Below are positions 1 through 9,418 of a DNA stretch of 25,915 nt, one piece after another. Source of the DNA: a virus (taxonomy: Duplodnaviria > Caudoviricetes); IMG/VR virus record IMGVR_UViG_3300045599_000011, positions 1 to 25,915 of that record; one strand, written 5' to 3'. How positions within the stretch are numbered: the first letter of the stretch is position 1; each line of letters begins with the position of its first letter. A model generated the notes under the pieces. The model saw nothing but the letters and a program-made list of their open reading frames with translations, ran no database searches and had not been told where the DNA came from. The position numbers and the translations under genes were made by a program.

Positions 1-166
1 GAATGTAGATGTATTTACGTATTTTATAACCATCTACCAAGGTACGATAAATCGGAAATTCTTTTTGCTCCCCATCTATGGTAACCAGTGATTTTGCGAC
101 TGCGGCATCTGCGGCATCGCGAATAATATCTAAGTATCTCGGTTGTATAACCGTTCCTTCAGCCAA
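1..166 (-). CDS. Baseplate/tail-fibre-associated phage protein, 5' part only (runs off window)
   Basis: Not in ORF track. GGAGG RBS, TTG start at 166, open to window edge: MAEGTVIQPRYLDIIRDAADAAVAKSLVTIDGEQKEFPIYRTLVDGYKIRKYIYI. Follows XkdU-like gene. Confidence 0.7.
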   Translation of the reverse strand, partial: MAEGTVIQPRYLDIIRDAADAAVAKSLVTIDGEQKEFPIYRTLVDGYKIRKYIYI

Positions 167-169
167 GAT

Positions 170-832
170 TTACGCCTCCTCTCCTGTATAGGCTTCTCCA
201 CAACGTCGATATGGAACGTCAAAGCCGTAAGCATCTCCTAAGACATTTACACCAGCCTGTGCGAGTTGTCCATCTCGAACGCCTTCTGTAATGGTTTCTC
301 CGCAACGGCGGTAAGTTACATCGAAATTTCGTACATTACCAGATACAACGATCCCTTCTCCCAGAATTTTTCCGATGTAGCTATGACCTACATGCGCTCG
401 TTTGTTTCGAAGGATATATTCATTTGCATTTGAAATATTAATTGGTTGGCCGTTATTTTCGCATTCATAGATAACAGCATGCTCATTTGGATATGTGATA
501 ATTTTTGTAGGAGCCCCTAACAACATAGTAAGTGCTGCTTCAAAATCTTTTTTATTTGTAGGGCCTCCTTCTTCCCCCATCCTAACGATTAGCCGGTTTC
601 GGCGGACATCGAGCGGGAGTGAAGGATCGATATTAAGTCCATATTCCCCTTCACGTTCTGGAAGTGTTAAAACAGCAGTACGTACATCAGCCTCTCTCTC
701 AACTTGTTTTACCATTTCATCATATTTGTCCAGAACATTACCTAACCCTATGAAAAAGCGAAATGTACCTGGAGCATCGCGTTTTAGCCAACGATGTGGG
801 AACATGTTGAAAAGAAAATCCATAAACCCCAT
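170..832 (-). CDS. Baseplate wedge protein, XkdU/DUF2313 (P2 gpI-like)
   Basis: Directly after baseplate J. TAVLTLPEREGEYGL...LDVRRNRLI and KRAH motifs fit the family. C-terminal duplicated FDVxYRRCGE. Confidence 0.75.
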   Translation of the reverse strand: MGFMDFLFNMFPHRWLKRDAPGTFRFFIGLGNVLDKYDEMVKQVEREADVRTAVLTLPEREGEYGLNIDPSLPLDVRRNRLIVRMGEEGGPTNKKDFEAALTMLLGAPTKIITYPNEHAVIYECENNGQPINISNANEYILRNKRAHVGHSYIGKILGEGIVVSGNVRNFDVTYRRCGETITEGVRDGQLAQAGVNVLGDAYGFDVPYRRCGEAYTGEEA

Positions 833-848
833 AAATACACCCTCCCTT

Positions 849-1967
849 TTATATCAATGTAATGGTACCTGGAACAGCTACATCGGTCCCATTAAGGGAA
901 ATGTTTGCGCTGGGTTCTTCCAATACAAAATCAAGCAGGATGGGATTTTTGTTCACATCTGCGGGATCGTACGTTTGTTTTGCAAGTGCAATCACATCAT
1001 AAATACGAAATATACGGTCTGTATTTACTTTTTGATGAATGTAGTCCTGTAATGTTTGACGTACAAATGGATCACCTATCGTATTATCATATCCTTGTCG
1101 CCAGATACAGCCACTTAAAACGAGATTAATGACAATAGGAGTTGGCGCGATGACTCGTACACCTCCATCAGCAATATCGGCTGGTGTCTTTGTATCAATA
1201 AACGCCTGACAACGTGCTACAAGATCGGGTCCTGCAATACCCTCATTTCCAGAAATAACAATATCGACAGTTCCGTTTCCTCGGGCCAAGGGTAATACTA
1301 ACGCTGCCTTCACGCCATCAACACTTTCAGCCCATACTTTATAATCAATTTCAACGCCACCGCGTTCCGGATTTCTTTTTTTGTCCAAGATTCGTTGTCG
1401 GTACGGAGCATCATCTTCTCTATCCGTTCCAGATTCTAATATTTGAGAGTCCGTTACATAGTCAAAACCAGCTTGCGCAATAAGTTTGATTTCTCCGGGC
1501 CCTACATTTCCGATTTCCCCAGGCTCCGTACAGATAACTTTTACACCAGATACAGAATTCTGTCCGACTGCGATATACTTATCCTGGTCAGCAATGACGC
1601 GAAATTGAATAGGTGGGTTATCGTTTACTGGTTCAGTAGTTACAAGGAATTCATCTGGGACTTGTGTGTCTTTATCTACAGGAGAACTTTTCCATAATGT
1701 CACTGTATGAATGGCATATGTTTCTTTCTTTCGTTCTACGCCGTATTCAAACCCACGTTCATCCAGCTTTTCCCCTTTTGCATTCACAGTCGTTAGATTT
1801 TCATATACAAATTTCACAACTGTAATTAGCATAAAAATGGCTGTAGCCAATGCGATAATTAAATGCTTTGAAAACCACTGGTTTTGCAGGTCTTCAATAC
1901 GCTTTCCCTCGCCGATAAGCTCATCGACTAATACCTGTATAACGTCATCTTGTGTAGGCCAGTTCAA
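849..1967 (-). CDS. Baseplate J/XkdT-like wedge protein
   Basis: AKGEKLD, CTEPGEIGNV, GTDREDDAPYRQRIL, GGVEIDYKVWAESVDGV, RGNGTVDIVI motifs of Baseplate_J. Confidence 0.92.
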   Translation of the reverse strand: MNWPTQDDVIQVLVDELIGEGKRIEDLQNQWFSKHLIIALATAIFMLITVVKFVYENLTTVNAKGEKLDERGFEYGVERKKETYAIHTVTLWKSSPVDKDTQVPDEFLVTTEPVNDNPPIQFRVIADQDKYIAVGQNSVSGVKVICTEPGEIGNVGPGEIKLIAQAGFDYVTDSQILESGTDREDDAPYRQRILDKKRNPERGGVEIDYKVWAESVDGVKAALVLPLARGNGTVDIVISGNEGIAGPDLVARCQAFIDTKTPADIADGGVRVIAPTPIVINLVLSGCIWRQGYDNTIGDPFVRQTLQDYIHQKVNTDRIFRIYDVIALAKQTYDPADVNKNPILLDFVLEEPSANISLNGTDVAVPGTITLI

Positions 1968-2389
1968 TACATGTCACCTACCTCCAAATCGAACTCTTGT
2001 GCATCAGTAACCCCTCGGGGCAAAAACTTTGCATATAGTCGAATGACCTGACGCTCTTCCACATTTGAAAGATACACTTGACAGTCAATGACTTCCTGAA
2101 TCCACCCCTCACCATCGGCTGTCCCTACAAGCATAAGCCCTTCACGGGCCTGTTCTTCAGCCTGAGATTTTTGTGATGCTGTGAAAGGTTTACCGCGAAG
2201 AAAAGAAATCAATTCCCCATAGAACGGAAAAAATTCGCTTTCTCCTCGGTCACATAAGAATTGTAGATAGGCCTGCTGCTTTACGTTTTCTACTCCGCTT
2301 ACAGTCGCAATATCATCGCCGTTCCATATGACTTCCCCATTTATAATCAGGATATCTGTACCGAATTCAGCCATATTCATGTACCCCAT
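1964..2389 (-). CDS. Sheath initiator, gp25/gpW/XkdS-like
   Basis: Size and position between spike and baseplate J. GDDIATVSGVENVKQ...RGESEFFPFYG. Confidence 0.75.
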   Translation of the reverse strand: MGYMNMAEFGTDILIINGEVIWNGDDIATVSGVENVKQQAYLQFLCDRGESEFFPFYGELISFLRGKPFTASQKSQAEEQAREGLMLVGTADGEGWIQEVIDCQVYLSNVEERQVIRLYAKFLPRGVTDAQEFDLEVGDMY

Positions 2390-2823
2390 TCATCATTTTC
2401 AATTTCTATAAGCTTCGGTTCTTCTTCCGGATCCATCTCTCCATCATCCAAAGGCCCTAAAACGACAAATTCACCACTACCTTGAGAGCCTTTGACAACA
2501 GCTGCAAGCACCTCCATGCCCGTTTTGTAAGGCCACTGAGGTATGTGTGGTGTATGCTTATCGTGCTTATGCCATTTTCCTGGATGCGGCATCACTTCTT
2601 CTTCACCGTCTGGATCAGCGTGGTGGGCATGCGTAGCATGCGGAGGGATTGGATAAAATGTATCTTTCAATACCCGACACCATCCACTCTCTTCATCCCA
2701 GGGCTGTACACGTATTTTTACCATGCGCGTATCTTCGTCTTCCGCAGATATAATACCGAAGACAAACGACTCATTCATTCCACCGCCCTCAAAACGACGT
2801 GCTTGCTCATCATAACCAATCAT
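2377..2823 (-). CDS. Baseplate central spike-like protein (gpV/XkdR-type OB fold) with His-rich insertion
   Basis: Start moved to ATG 2823 (ATGA overlap with upstream stop); ATG 2778 is an alternative. FGIIS...RMVKIR...ESGWCRVL...GMEVLA...VVLG resembles gpV OB fold. Confidence 0.65.
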   Translation of the reverse strand: MIGYDEQARRFEGGGMNESFVFGIISAEDEDTRMVKIRVQPWDEESGWCRVLKDTFYPIPPHATHAHHADPDGEEEVMPHPGKWHKHDKHTPHIPQWPYKTGMEVLAAVVKGSQGSGEFVVLGPLDDGEMDPEEEPKLIEIENDEWGT

Positions 2824-4004
2824 CCAAAACGACCTTCTTCCTCTAATGGTAGATTTGTAAACGTAATTTCTGTGCGAATCCCTTCCGTCTTTGAGCCTGT
2901 GATGATAATCTTCGGACAAAAATAAACTTGAGAAAGTGTCTGGCCAACCCCAAACAGAGCGATGCGCCGGTCATTAGCTAACTCGGGCCACCAATCAGTA
3001 CGAAACGAGCCATAGAGCTGCATGCTAGAGAGTTGTTGTAGAATTGCACGTGCTTTTCGCTGGCATTGGTCTCGAGTCAAGTTCGGAAAATAATAACGCA
3101 TCGTATATTTATGGCCAAACGAGCTGCCTACAAACGAGGCTTTTTCTACGATTCGTTGTCCCTTGGCCTCTCCCTTTGCGGGCTTAGTTATTGGTTTTCC
3201 TTTCTTTGTTCTTTTTGGTGGTTTTGGCTTTCCAGGTATCCATGAAATGACTTCTACGATAAGATTCCTGGCTGCGTTTGGTGCCCGCTCAATCCGAAAA
3301 GGTCGGTCGATGTTGTGACCCCAAGTAAATGGAATTGGTGGTTTCAGATAGCCAGGAAGCTTCTCACGCGGACCGAAAAACCAACTCTTTCCCCATACAC
3401 GTGTTGTAAATCCTTCTTGTTGGCATAAATAAAGCACGAAATCCCAATGCGAGACTTCGCGCTTTACATTTACATGGTCTTCCTTAGAGTAGCTGCCAAT
3501 GAGCGTATGGGTTTCCACTGGAACAACAGGTGTCAGTCCGTGTTTCTTTGCAATGGCCTTAAACGCGGCGGTACTCGTGTGATTTTGATACTTTACGGTT
3601 TCTTTGTAATCAAAAGGTTTTGCGCCGTATGAGCGACCGTAAACCGTCACAACCTCCCCTTGTTCTGCATCAAAATCCCATACAGGGCGATCCATTGGTC
3701 CCTCAATTAAAGGAGATAAAGCACCCTCCTCTTTAAAGCCAGCTGATATCTTGATATTAGCTCCACCTTTTACTAGTGTAGCTGCTTTCTTTGGACCGCT
3801 GAACAGAAGCGGATCAACTGGCGTCTCGTCAGTAACTTCCCAAGGAAGTGTTACATCAAACGAATCAACCGCACCTAACCCGTTTAGTTCGACACGAAAT
3901 GATATCCAGTTCTTAACCTTCTGTTCGTTTATTCGAATATCTAAAACTGGTGTTCCGATAGGACGAAAAGGTCCTGAACGATTAATCAGGCTACTTTTTA
4001 ACAT
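2820..4004 (-). CDS. Baseplate hub, XkdQ/late control D-like
   Basis: 394 aa, after LysM gene. DSFDVTLP, SHWDFVLYLCQQEGF pattern. Confidence 0.8.
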   Translation of the reverse strand: MLKSSLINRSGPFRPIGTPVLDIRINEQKVKNWISFRVELNGLGAVDSFDVTLPWEVTDETPVDPLLFSGPKKAATLVKGGANIKISAGFKEEGALSPLIEGPMDRPVWDFDAEQGEVVTVYGRSYGAKPFDYKETVKYQNHTSTAAFKAIAKKHGLTPVVPVETHTLIGSYSKEDHVNVKREVSHWDFVLYLCQQEGFTTRVWGKSWFFGPREKLPGYLKPPIPFTWGHNIDRPFRIERAPNAARNLIVEVISWIPGKPKPPKRTKKGKPITKPAKGEAKGQRIVEKASFVGSSFGHKYTMRYYFPNLTRDQCQRKARAILQQLSSMQLYGSFRTDWWPELANDRRIALFGVGQTLSQVYFCPKIIITGSKTEGIRTEITFTNLPLEEEGRFG

Positions 4005-4636
4005 TACAGATTAATCACCCAACCTTCCTTGATGTTATGAGGGCCCTTTATCAAAACCGACTTGTTATTCTCATAAATTTCTGTCCATCGATTTGCATTC
4101 TTATATTTGTTAGCAGCAATTTTTGTCAACGTATCTCCTTTTTTAATTGTGTATTTAATCCCTAACTTGCCGTTTGTTTTTGCTGGGGCTGCTGGTGTGT
4201 TAGCTTTTTGTTGTGTCTGTTTAGCCATGGCTTTTTTAAATGCTGCAGCTACCTGATCCATAGCTTGTGCTTTTGTTTTTGTCTGTTTATTTTCTGTCAC
4301 TACACGTAGCAATGTAATAGAAAAAGGAATTCGATGCTCAGACTTTAAATCTGGCAAGAATTCCTCAATCAAGACAGGAGCTGAAGTTTTATCTGTTACC
4401 AATGTAACGGGCTTTCCGGCTGTTCTCATAAGTCCGATTTTCATCATGCGATCATAAGCATCGGGACCAATAAATACGCCAGTCCAGCTAATCGGTCGAT
4501 ATGTTGGCCCCATATTCTGAAAGCTTACCCCGCCACCCGGAAATTCACGTTTCGCAATCATTTGCTTGCCGCCCATTTGAATAAAATCCGGTTTTTCAAA
4601 AACTTTTAATTCAACACCGCCAAGGGTTACTCGCAT
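4004..4636 (-). CDS. Tail tube initiator with C-terminal LysM domain (XkdP-like)
   Basis: YTIKKGDTLTKIA...WTEIYENN...PHNIKEGWVINL is a LysM motif. Follows tape measure. Confidence 0.88.
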   Translation of the reverse strand: MRVTLGGVELKVFEKPDFIQMGGKQMIAKREFPGGGVSFQNMGPTYRPISWTGVFIGPDAYDRMMKIGLMRTAGKPVTLVTDKTSAPVLIEEFLPDLKSEHRIPFSITLLRVVTENKQTKTKAQAMDQVAAAFKKAMAKQTQQKANTPAAPAKTNGKLGIKYTIKKGDTLTKIAANKYKNANRWTEIYENNKSVLIKGPHNIKEGWVINL

Positions 4637-7600
4637 TTATATCACCCCCGGAGCAATCGGTCCTAATCCGATTGTAAGATTTGATTGCACGGATTTTTTA
4701 TTTTGATTTCTCTCTAAAATCTGTGCTACACGTTGTGCAAAAGCCTCTGTATTTTCCCCTGGTTGCTGGTAGATAGCTCCGATGAGAGGCCCATTAACCG
4801 TAATGGCTCCCGTTCCTTCTGCGGCCTCCTTCGCGCTTACACGGCGTCCCGGATGTATAACAGCGTTAGGATTCTGTACATCTCCTTCTAAGCTGTAACG
4901 TCCTTTCACGGTCATAGCATCCGCTATAGTAGCAGATGCGCTTCTCACTTCAGAAATTCTACTTAACATTCCTTTGGCAAGTGAAGTCGCTAGATTGCCA
5001 CCCCATAGATGGTTTGTACGAAGCGGACCTTCTTTTGTAGGCGACTGTACGCCCAAATTAGCATGTGCAGCTGCCGCAATTTGTTGTGATGCACTACGAA
5101 CAGCCGATACTTTTGACAACAAACCATCCGCAAAGCTATCTATAAGGTTTGAACCATATTTCCGCATCGATTCGGCGGTTGGAAGGTTTGAAGTAATAAC
5201 ACCACGTATTCCAGAAATGGCATTTCCTATGACGCCATATACTGATGTAATACCTTTTGCAAAGTCTGTACCCGCTGTTTTCCCAGCGGCATTCATATGC
5301 TTCTGTAAAAGTGGTGTTTGTTGCTTTACATGCTCCCAATTCAGTTTACTGATAACTTCCACTTTTTTAGGAGTCATAACCTGCTTATTCAGTGCGGCCA
5401 TCTCTTTCTGTAGTTTCTCAGTATCTAGACCAGCAGGTATTTGCATTTGTGGAATGGCTCCCGGCTGTGCCATAGCATTTATCTGCTTCATTAGCTCTTC
5501 TGTATTAAGATTAGCTGGCATTTCAATCGGAGGCATCCCACCGGCACCTGGTTGCGTCATGGCGTTTACCTTTTTCATCAATTCTTCCGTATTAAGGTTT
5601 GCAGGAATTTGAATGCCTGTCGCATTTACCGGATTATTGGTCATCTGCTGATTTAGCTGTGTCATTTGCTCGTTTACATGCTTTGTGTCTAGGTTCACTG
5701 GAATCTTTAAATTCGATTGCGGTAGACCTAGTTGCATAAGTTGTTGAGGGATTTTCGATGTATCAACCGTTGCCGGAATTTTAAGTCCGTTATTCAACCC
5801 TGGAACATTAGAGAAATCCGGCATTTTCGGCGCTGGAATTTCCTTTTTTTCAGGTTCCAATCCCAGAAATTCTTTAACCTTTGCAATAGCTGTATCCCAG
5901 TACTTAGCGATAGTAATAGGTATCCCGATTACTGGGGCGAAAGCAGACAAGAGAGCTGCAGCCCATCCAGGTACGTTATCGGCGAAGTTTTTAAGTGCAT
6001 TCCACCAATCTCTCCAGTAATAAATAACAAGTGCAACTGCTGCGACAAGCGCAACAATAATCATAATGACGGCGCCGATAGGATTTGCTGTAAGTGCGGC
6101 ATTTAAAAGCCACTGCGCTCCAGTCCATGTCATAACAGCAAGCCTTACGGTAGCTATCCACGGCGCAAGCAACATAACAGCAAGCATTTGCCCACGGGTA
6201 GCGAGGGTGGCCGCCCCTGTAGAAACTGCGTACATCCATTTCGCTAAGGTTACAGCGAGTACGACGCTACGGTAAGCGCCCATAACAAAGGCAGAAGCCG
6301 CAGTCCATGCACGCAAGAGAGCGGTTTGTATAGCTGTATAAGTTGTAATAGCAGCTAACCGAAGTAAATTAGCAGTCGCTAAAATAATAGCCGGTGTATA
6401 AGCTACCAAGAAGATACCAGCCACACCCCTAACGACCCAGCCGTACTCCTCCCACAAATTTTTCACAGTGTCCCAATTTTGATAGATTAGATATGCGATA
6501 CCAGCAATAGCTGCGGCCACAAGTAAAAATCCTCCAGCAGTAGCCGCTACACCTGTAAAAGTAATACCAGCAGCGCTCATAGCAATCGTTAGCATGCCGA
6601 ACGCACCGACACCAGCCAGTACTAATCCTGCGAGTATCATAAAGGCACTACCAACCAATCCAACGAGCCCGATGGTTCGTATCATATCTGGATGAGCCTT
6701 TGCCCAGGGTTGTATGAAATCTTCTAGGATATCTTTAAACTCAGTAATCATTTTTTTAGCAGGTTCTAGGAACGGATCGCCAAAGATACGCTTTGTAATT
6801 GTCCAGGTCTCCTGTAAAGAGTCCAGCATATTTTTGCCGCCACTCATAATAACTTCTACCTGCTGATACATATCAAGCTGATTGTTTATATTGTCTTTGA
6901 TTTGTTTATATACATCGGACTCATTAGCTAATGCGAGTGCTGTATTTTTACCTTGTTCAAGGAAGACCTTATGCATCATATTTTGAAATTCGTCTGGTGC
7001 AAACTTCTCTCGTGCCTCCTGAAACGTTTTGAACAAGAAATCGGCACTTTTAATTGTGCCGTCTTCATTAAAGAAGATACTTCGCTCTTCCCCCTTTTTT
7101 AACCACCCAAGTTCCATCATTGTTTCTTTTTGTTTCTTGGTGTGAGGTATAAGACGGTCTAAAAAATCCTTTGTGAATGTACCCGCCGCTCCCCCATCCT
7201 TTGTATACGTTCCTGTTGTTGCGACTAACAAAGCCGTATCTTCCGGGCTTAAACCCAGGGTTCCACCAACACCAGAAGCTGTGAGCATACCGCTTATCAA
7301 TTGTTGGTAATCCATTGTAGAGGCTGCTGACGTTTTTGCGTAAAAGTTTGTAGCTTCTAATGCTCGGTTTCCAGTCATATTGAAAGCGGCTTTCTGTTTC
7401 GCAATGAAATCACCAGCGACCATCGGGTCAACATCGCCTAGTTGTGCTGAGTATACAGCTGCTGCTAATCCTGAATAATTGTATTTTCCATCTTTGCCTT
7501 TCTCACCGAGCAAAAACTCTTTTGACAAACCGCCCCGAAGCATGCCCAAAGCAGCTTCCCCTACGCTTTTATCTGTGAACGTTGTTGCCATACCAAGCTT

Positions 7601-7951
7601 TTCGAATCCTTCTTGTAAATCAGCAAGCGTTTGTTTAACTTCTTGTGCCTTAGAAACGTCCAGCAAATCTTTACCAAACGCAGCAACTTTAACTTTATTC
7701 ATTACATCTTCAAATTCCATTGCTTGCTTTGTTGTTTCTACAATTGCACCTGAAACAGCAGAGAAAGCTGCTACGCCTCCTAAGGCCAATGCACCGCCTG
7801 CCCAAGTCATTGTACTGAATTTATCCATTTTCTTCTGTACATCGTCTGCCGCCTGTTCCATCAAGCGAAATTGACCGATAACGCTATTTACACCAGATGT
7901 CACTTGATCTTTCAACGTAATAGCGATCGCTAAGTCTAATATATTGCTCAT
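4637..7951 (-). CDS. Tail tape measure protein
   Basis: Start moved to ATG 7951 (GGAGGTGAGG RBS). About 1104 aa, Ala/Gly-rich, TP901-type core, hydrophobic ANPIG/YQNWD segments, SPTKEGPL motif. Confidence 0.93.
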   Translation of the reverse strand: MSNILDLAIAITLKDQVTSGVNSVIGQFRLMEQAADDVQKKMDKFSTMTWAGGALALGGVAAFSAVSGAIVETTKQAMEFEDVMNKVKVAAFGKDLLDVSKAQEVKQTLADLQEGFEKLGMATTFTDKSVGEAALGMLRGGLSKEFLLGEKGKDGKYNYSGLAAAVYSAQLGDVDPMVAGDFIAKQKAAFNMTGNRALEATNFYAKTSAASTMDYQQLISGMLTASGVGGTLGLSPEDTALLVATTGTYTKDGGAAGTFTKDFLDRLIPHTKKQKETMMELGWLKKGEERSIFFNEDGTIKSADFLFKTFQEAREKFAPDEFQNMMHKVFLEQGKNTALALANESDVYKQIKDNINNQLDMYQQVEVIMSGGKNMLDSLQETWTITKRIFGDPFLEPAKKMITEFKDILEDFIQPWAKAHPDMIRTIGLVGLVGSAFMILAGLVLAGVGAFGMLTIAMSAAGITFTGVAATAGGFLLVAAAIAGIAYLIYQNWDTVKNLWEEYGWVVRGVAGIFLVAYTPAIILATANLLRLAAITTYTAIQTALLRAWTAASAFVMGAYRSVVLAVTLAKWMYAVSTGAATLATRGQMLAVMLLAPWIATVRLAVMTWTGAQWLLNAALTANPIGAVIMIIVALVAAVALVIYYWRDWWNALKNFADNVPGWAAALLSAFAPVIGIPITIAKYWDTAIAKVKEFLGLEPEKKEIPAPKMPDFSNVPGLNNGLKIPATVDTSKIPQQLMQLGLPQSNLKIPVNLDTKHVNEQMTQLNQQMTNNPVNATGIQIPANLNTEELMKKVNAMTQPGAGGMPPIEMPANLNTEELMKQINAMAQPGAIPQMQIPAGLDTEKLQKEMAALNKQVMTPKKVEVISKLNWEHVKQQTPLLQKHMNAAGKTAGTDFAKGITSVYGVIGNAISGIRGVITSNLPTAESMRKYGSNLIDSFADGLLSKVSAVRSASQQIAAAAHANLGVQSPTKEGPLRTNHLWGGNLATSLAKGMLSRISEVRSASATIADAMTVKGRYSLEGDVQNPNAVIHPGRRVSAKEAAEGTGAITVNGPLIGAIYQQPGENTEAFAQRVAQILERNQNKKSVQSNLTIGLGPIAPGVI

Positions 7952-7954
7952 ATC

Positions 7955-7993
7955 CTCACCTCCAATAAAAAAAGAGCGCATTAGATGCACTCC
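7955..7993 (-). terminator. Intrinsic terminator between moron and tape measure
   Basis: GAGTGCAT-CTA-ATGCGCTC hairpin followed by TTTTTTT. Confidence 0.75.
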
Positions 7994-8611
7994 TTACTGT
8001 TGAAATTGTATTTTTTTAAATTGACCAGTTACCTTGTCTTGAGTTTCTTTGAGTGTATGTATATCACCACTTCCATCTAAAACACCCCATGCCGCTTTAA
8101 TGTATTCTCCTTCAACAGTGATATACAAATCGTTCATATAAATGACATTTTGGCGATTTCCCTCTGACACCTTAACTACTGGAAATTCATTATTAAATTT
8201 TTGATGCTCATTCTTAATTTCTTCTCGTACATTTTGAGCGAAGGAGGACCAAGCTATCTGATCAGGGCTTTCCGCTTGTTTCTCTACCTCTTTGTTTATA
8301 TTTGTTACGATGTCGCTAAGACGGTTACCATATGCTTTTATTTTCTCACTTTCCTGTGGATCAGCCGGAAGTGAATCATCATATGCAGTTTGGTTCTCTT
8401 CCTTTGTACTTTCCGATATTTTGTTATCTACCTCACGTTCTGTTCCTGTGTTTATGAAGAGAATCCCTAAAGCTATAGGGATAAGCGCAGAAAAAACCCA
8501 AATGCTACGTGACAACGGTTTTTTAGCGCCTTTATTTAAGAGGTTGGGATTTATAACGCCTATAAGTGGTACTAAAGCTAATAAAAACAGTAAAAAACCA
8601 AGAATTTTCAT
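7994..8611 (-). CDS. Membrane-anchored hypothetical protein (moron)
   Basis: Two N-terminal hydrophobic helices, then a soluble helical domain. GGAGG RBS. Confidence 0.75.
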   Translation of the reverse strand: MKILGFLLFLLALVPLIGVINPNLLNKGAKKPLSRSIWVFSALIPIALGILFINTGTEREVDNKISESTKEENQTAYDDSLPADPQESEKIKAYGNRLSDIVTNINKEVEKQAESPDQIAWSSFAQNVREEIKNEHQKFNNEFPVVKVSEGNRQNVIYMNDLYITVEGEYIKAAWGVLDGSGDIHTLKETQDKVTGQFKKIQFQQ

Positions 8612-8620
8612 GCGTACCTC

Positions 8621-9178
8621 CTAAATGCCGTATTTATAGGCATGCTTGATGCGTTCTTTCTCTATATCATCATCTATCGGTATATTCCAATCATAGATGT
8701 CGCCCTTAGATTTCGTATCTTCTTCTATGCTTATGGGCTCCATATATATATCATTTCCTTCGGCATATACTCCATAGTTTAACGAAGAAGCGGCTGACGT
8801 AACTTCTATCATCAGCATTCCGTTTACCATAACGGCCGGAGTTACCATTGGATATTGAATTGCGTTTATGATAACGCTTTGTTGATCTTTGAAGAATAAA
8901 ACGGAATCTGTATCCGTATTTACAGCAAGCATTTCAGCATCTTTGTCCCATGTAACATTTGCACCAAGATATTCATAAAATTCTTGGGCAGGCACAAGTA
9001 TAAACTCTTTATACCTCATCAGCTTATTCTTTAATTGTAACGGTTTTCCGTCATACACAATATTTATTGATGACGGCGTGTAGGCTGCTGGCGTTTTTTT
9101 AGCGGGTGCTGCGGCAGCAGAGAATTGCAGAGTGAATATAAGGAACGCCGCAAGCATGATACACATAAGCTTTTTCAT
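8621..9178 (-). CDS. Secreted protein with copper amine oxidase N-terminal (stalk)-like domain (moron)
   Basis: Signal peptide MKKLMCIMLAAFLIFTLQFSAAA; ILVPAQEFYEYLGANVTWD...PAVMVNGMLMI. Start at second ATG by RBS spacing. Confidence 0.75.
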   Translation of the reverse strand: MKKLMCIMLAAFLIFTLQFSAAAAPAKKTPAAYTPSSINIVYDGKPLQLKNKLMRYKEFILVPAQEFYEYLGANVTWDKDAEMLAVNTDTDSVLFFKDQQSVIINAIQYPMVTPAVMVNGMLMIEVTSAASSLNYGVYAEGNDIYMEPISIEEDTKSKGDIYDWNIPIDDDIEKERIKHAYKYGI

Positions 9179-9207
9179 AAACATCCCCCCTATAATATGT
9201 ACTACGT

Positions 9208-9213
9208 ATTATA
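9208..9213 (-). promoter_or_regulatory. Candidate -10 box for the moron
   Basis: Perfect TATAAT about 30 nt upstream of the moron start in AT-rich DNA. No well-spaced -35. Confidence 0.45.
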
Positions 9214-9244
9214 CAGGAAATATTTATCAAAAAATTATCTTTTT

Positions 9245-9283
9245 AGCACCCTCGACCTAGAAAGCAGGAGGAGGGTGCTTTTC
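9245..9283 (+). terminator. Hairpin with U-tract on + strand
   Basis: AGCACCCTC...GAGGGTGCT then TTT. Overlaps end of the frameshifted chaperone. Confidence 0.45.
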
Positions 9284-9418
9284 GTTCCATTCATTCACAA
9301 TACTTATGGCAGCTAAAAGCTCTACATCATCCATATCAAGCGTATCACGAAAGCTTATACCAGCCCCAGATGCGAGCGCTACTTGGACTCGGTTTTTAAA
9401 CCAGGGCTGTTCGGCGAG
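9257..9418 (-). CDS. -1 frameshift extension of tail assembly chaperone (gpGT-like)
   Basis: After slippery A-AAA-AAC (9418-9424) the -1 frame reads LAEQPWFKNRVQVALASGAGISFRDTLDMDDVELLAAISIVNEWNEKHPPPAF*. Confidence 0.8.
   Translation of the reverse strand, partial: LAEQPWFKNRVQVALASGAGISFRDTLDMDDVELLAAISIVNEWNEKHPPPAF

Noticed and set aside
2824-2919. N-terminal extension of spike ORF; likewise 7952-7990, 12951-12974 and 14048-14119
   Set aside because: Longest-ORF artefacts overlapping upstream genes or terminators; downstream starts have RBS or translational coupling.
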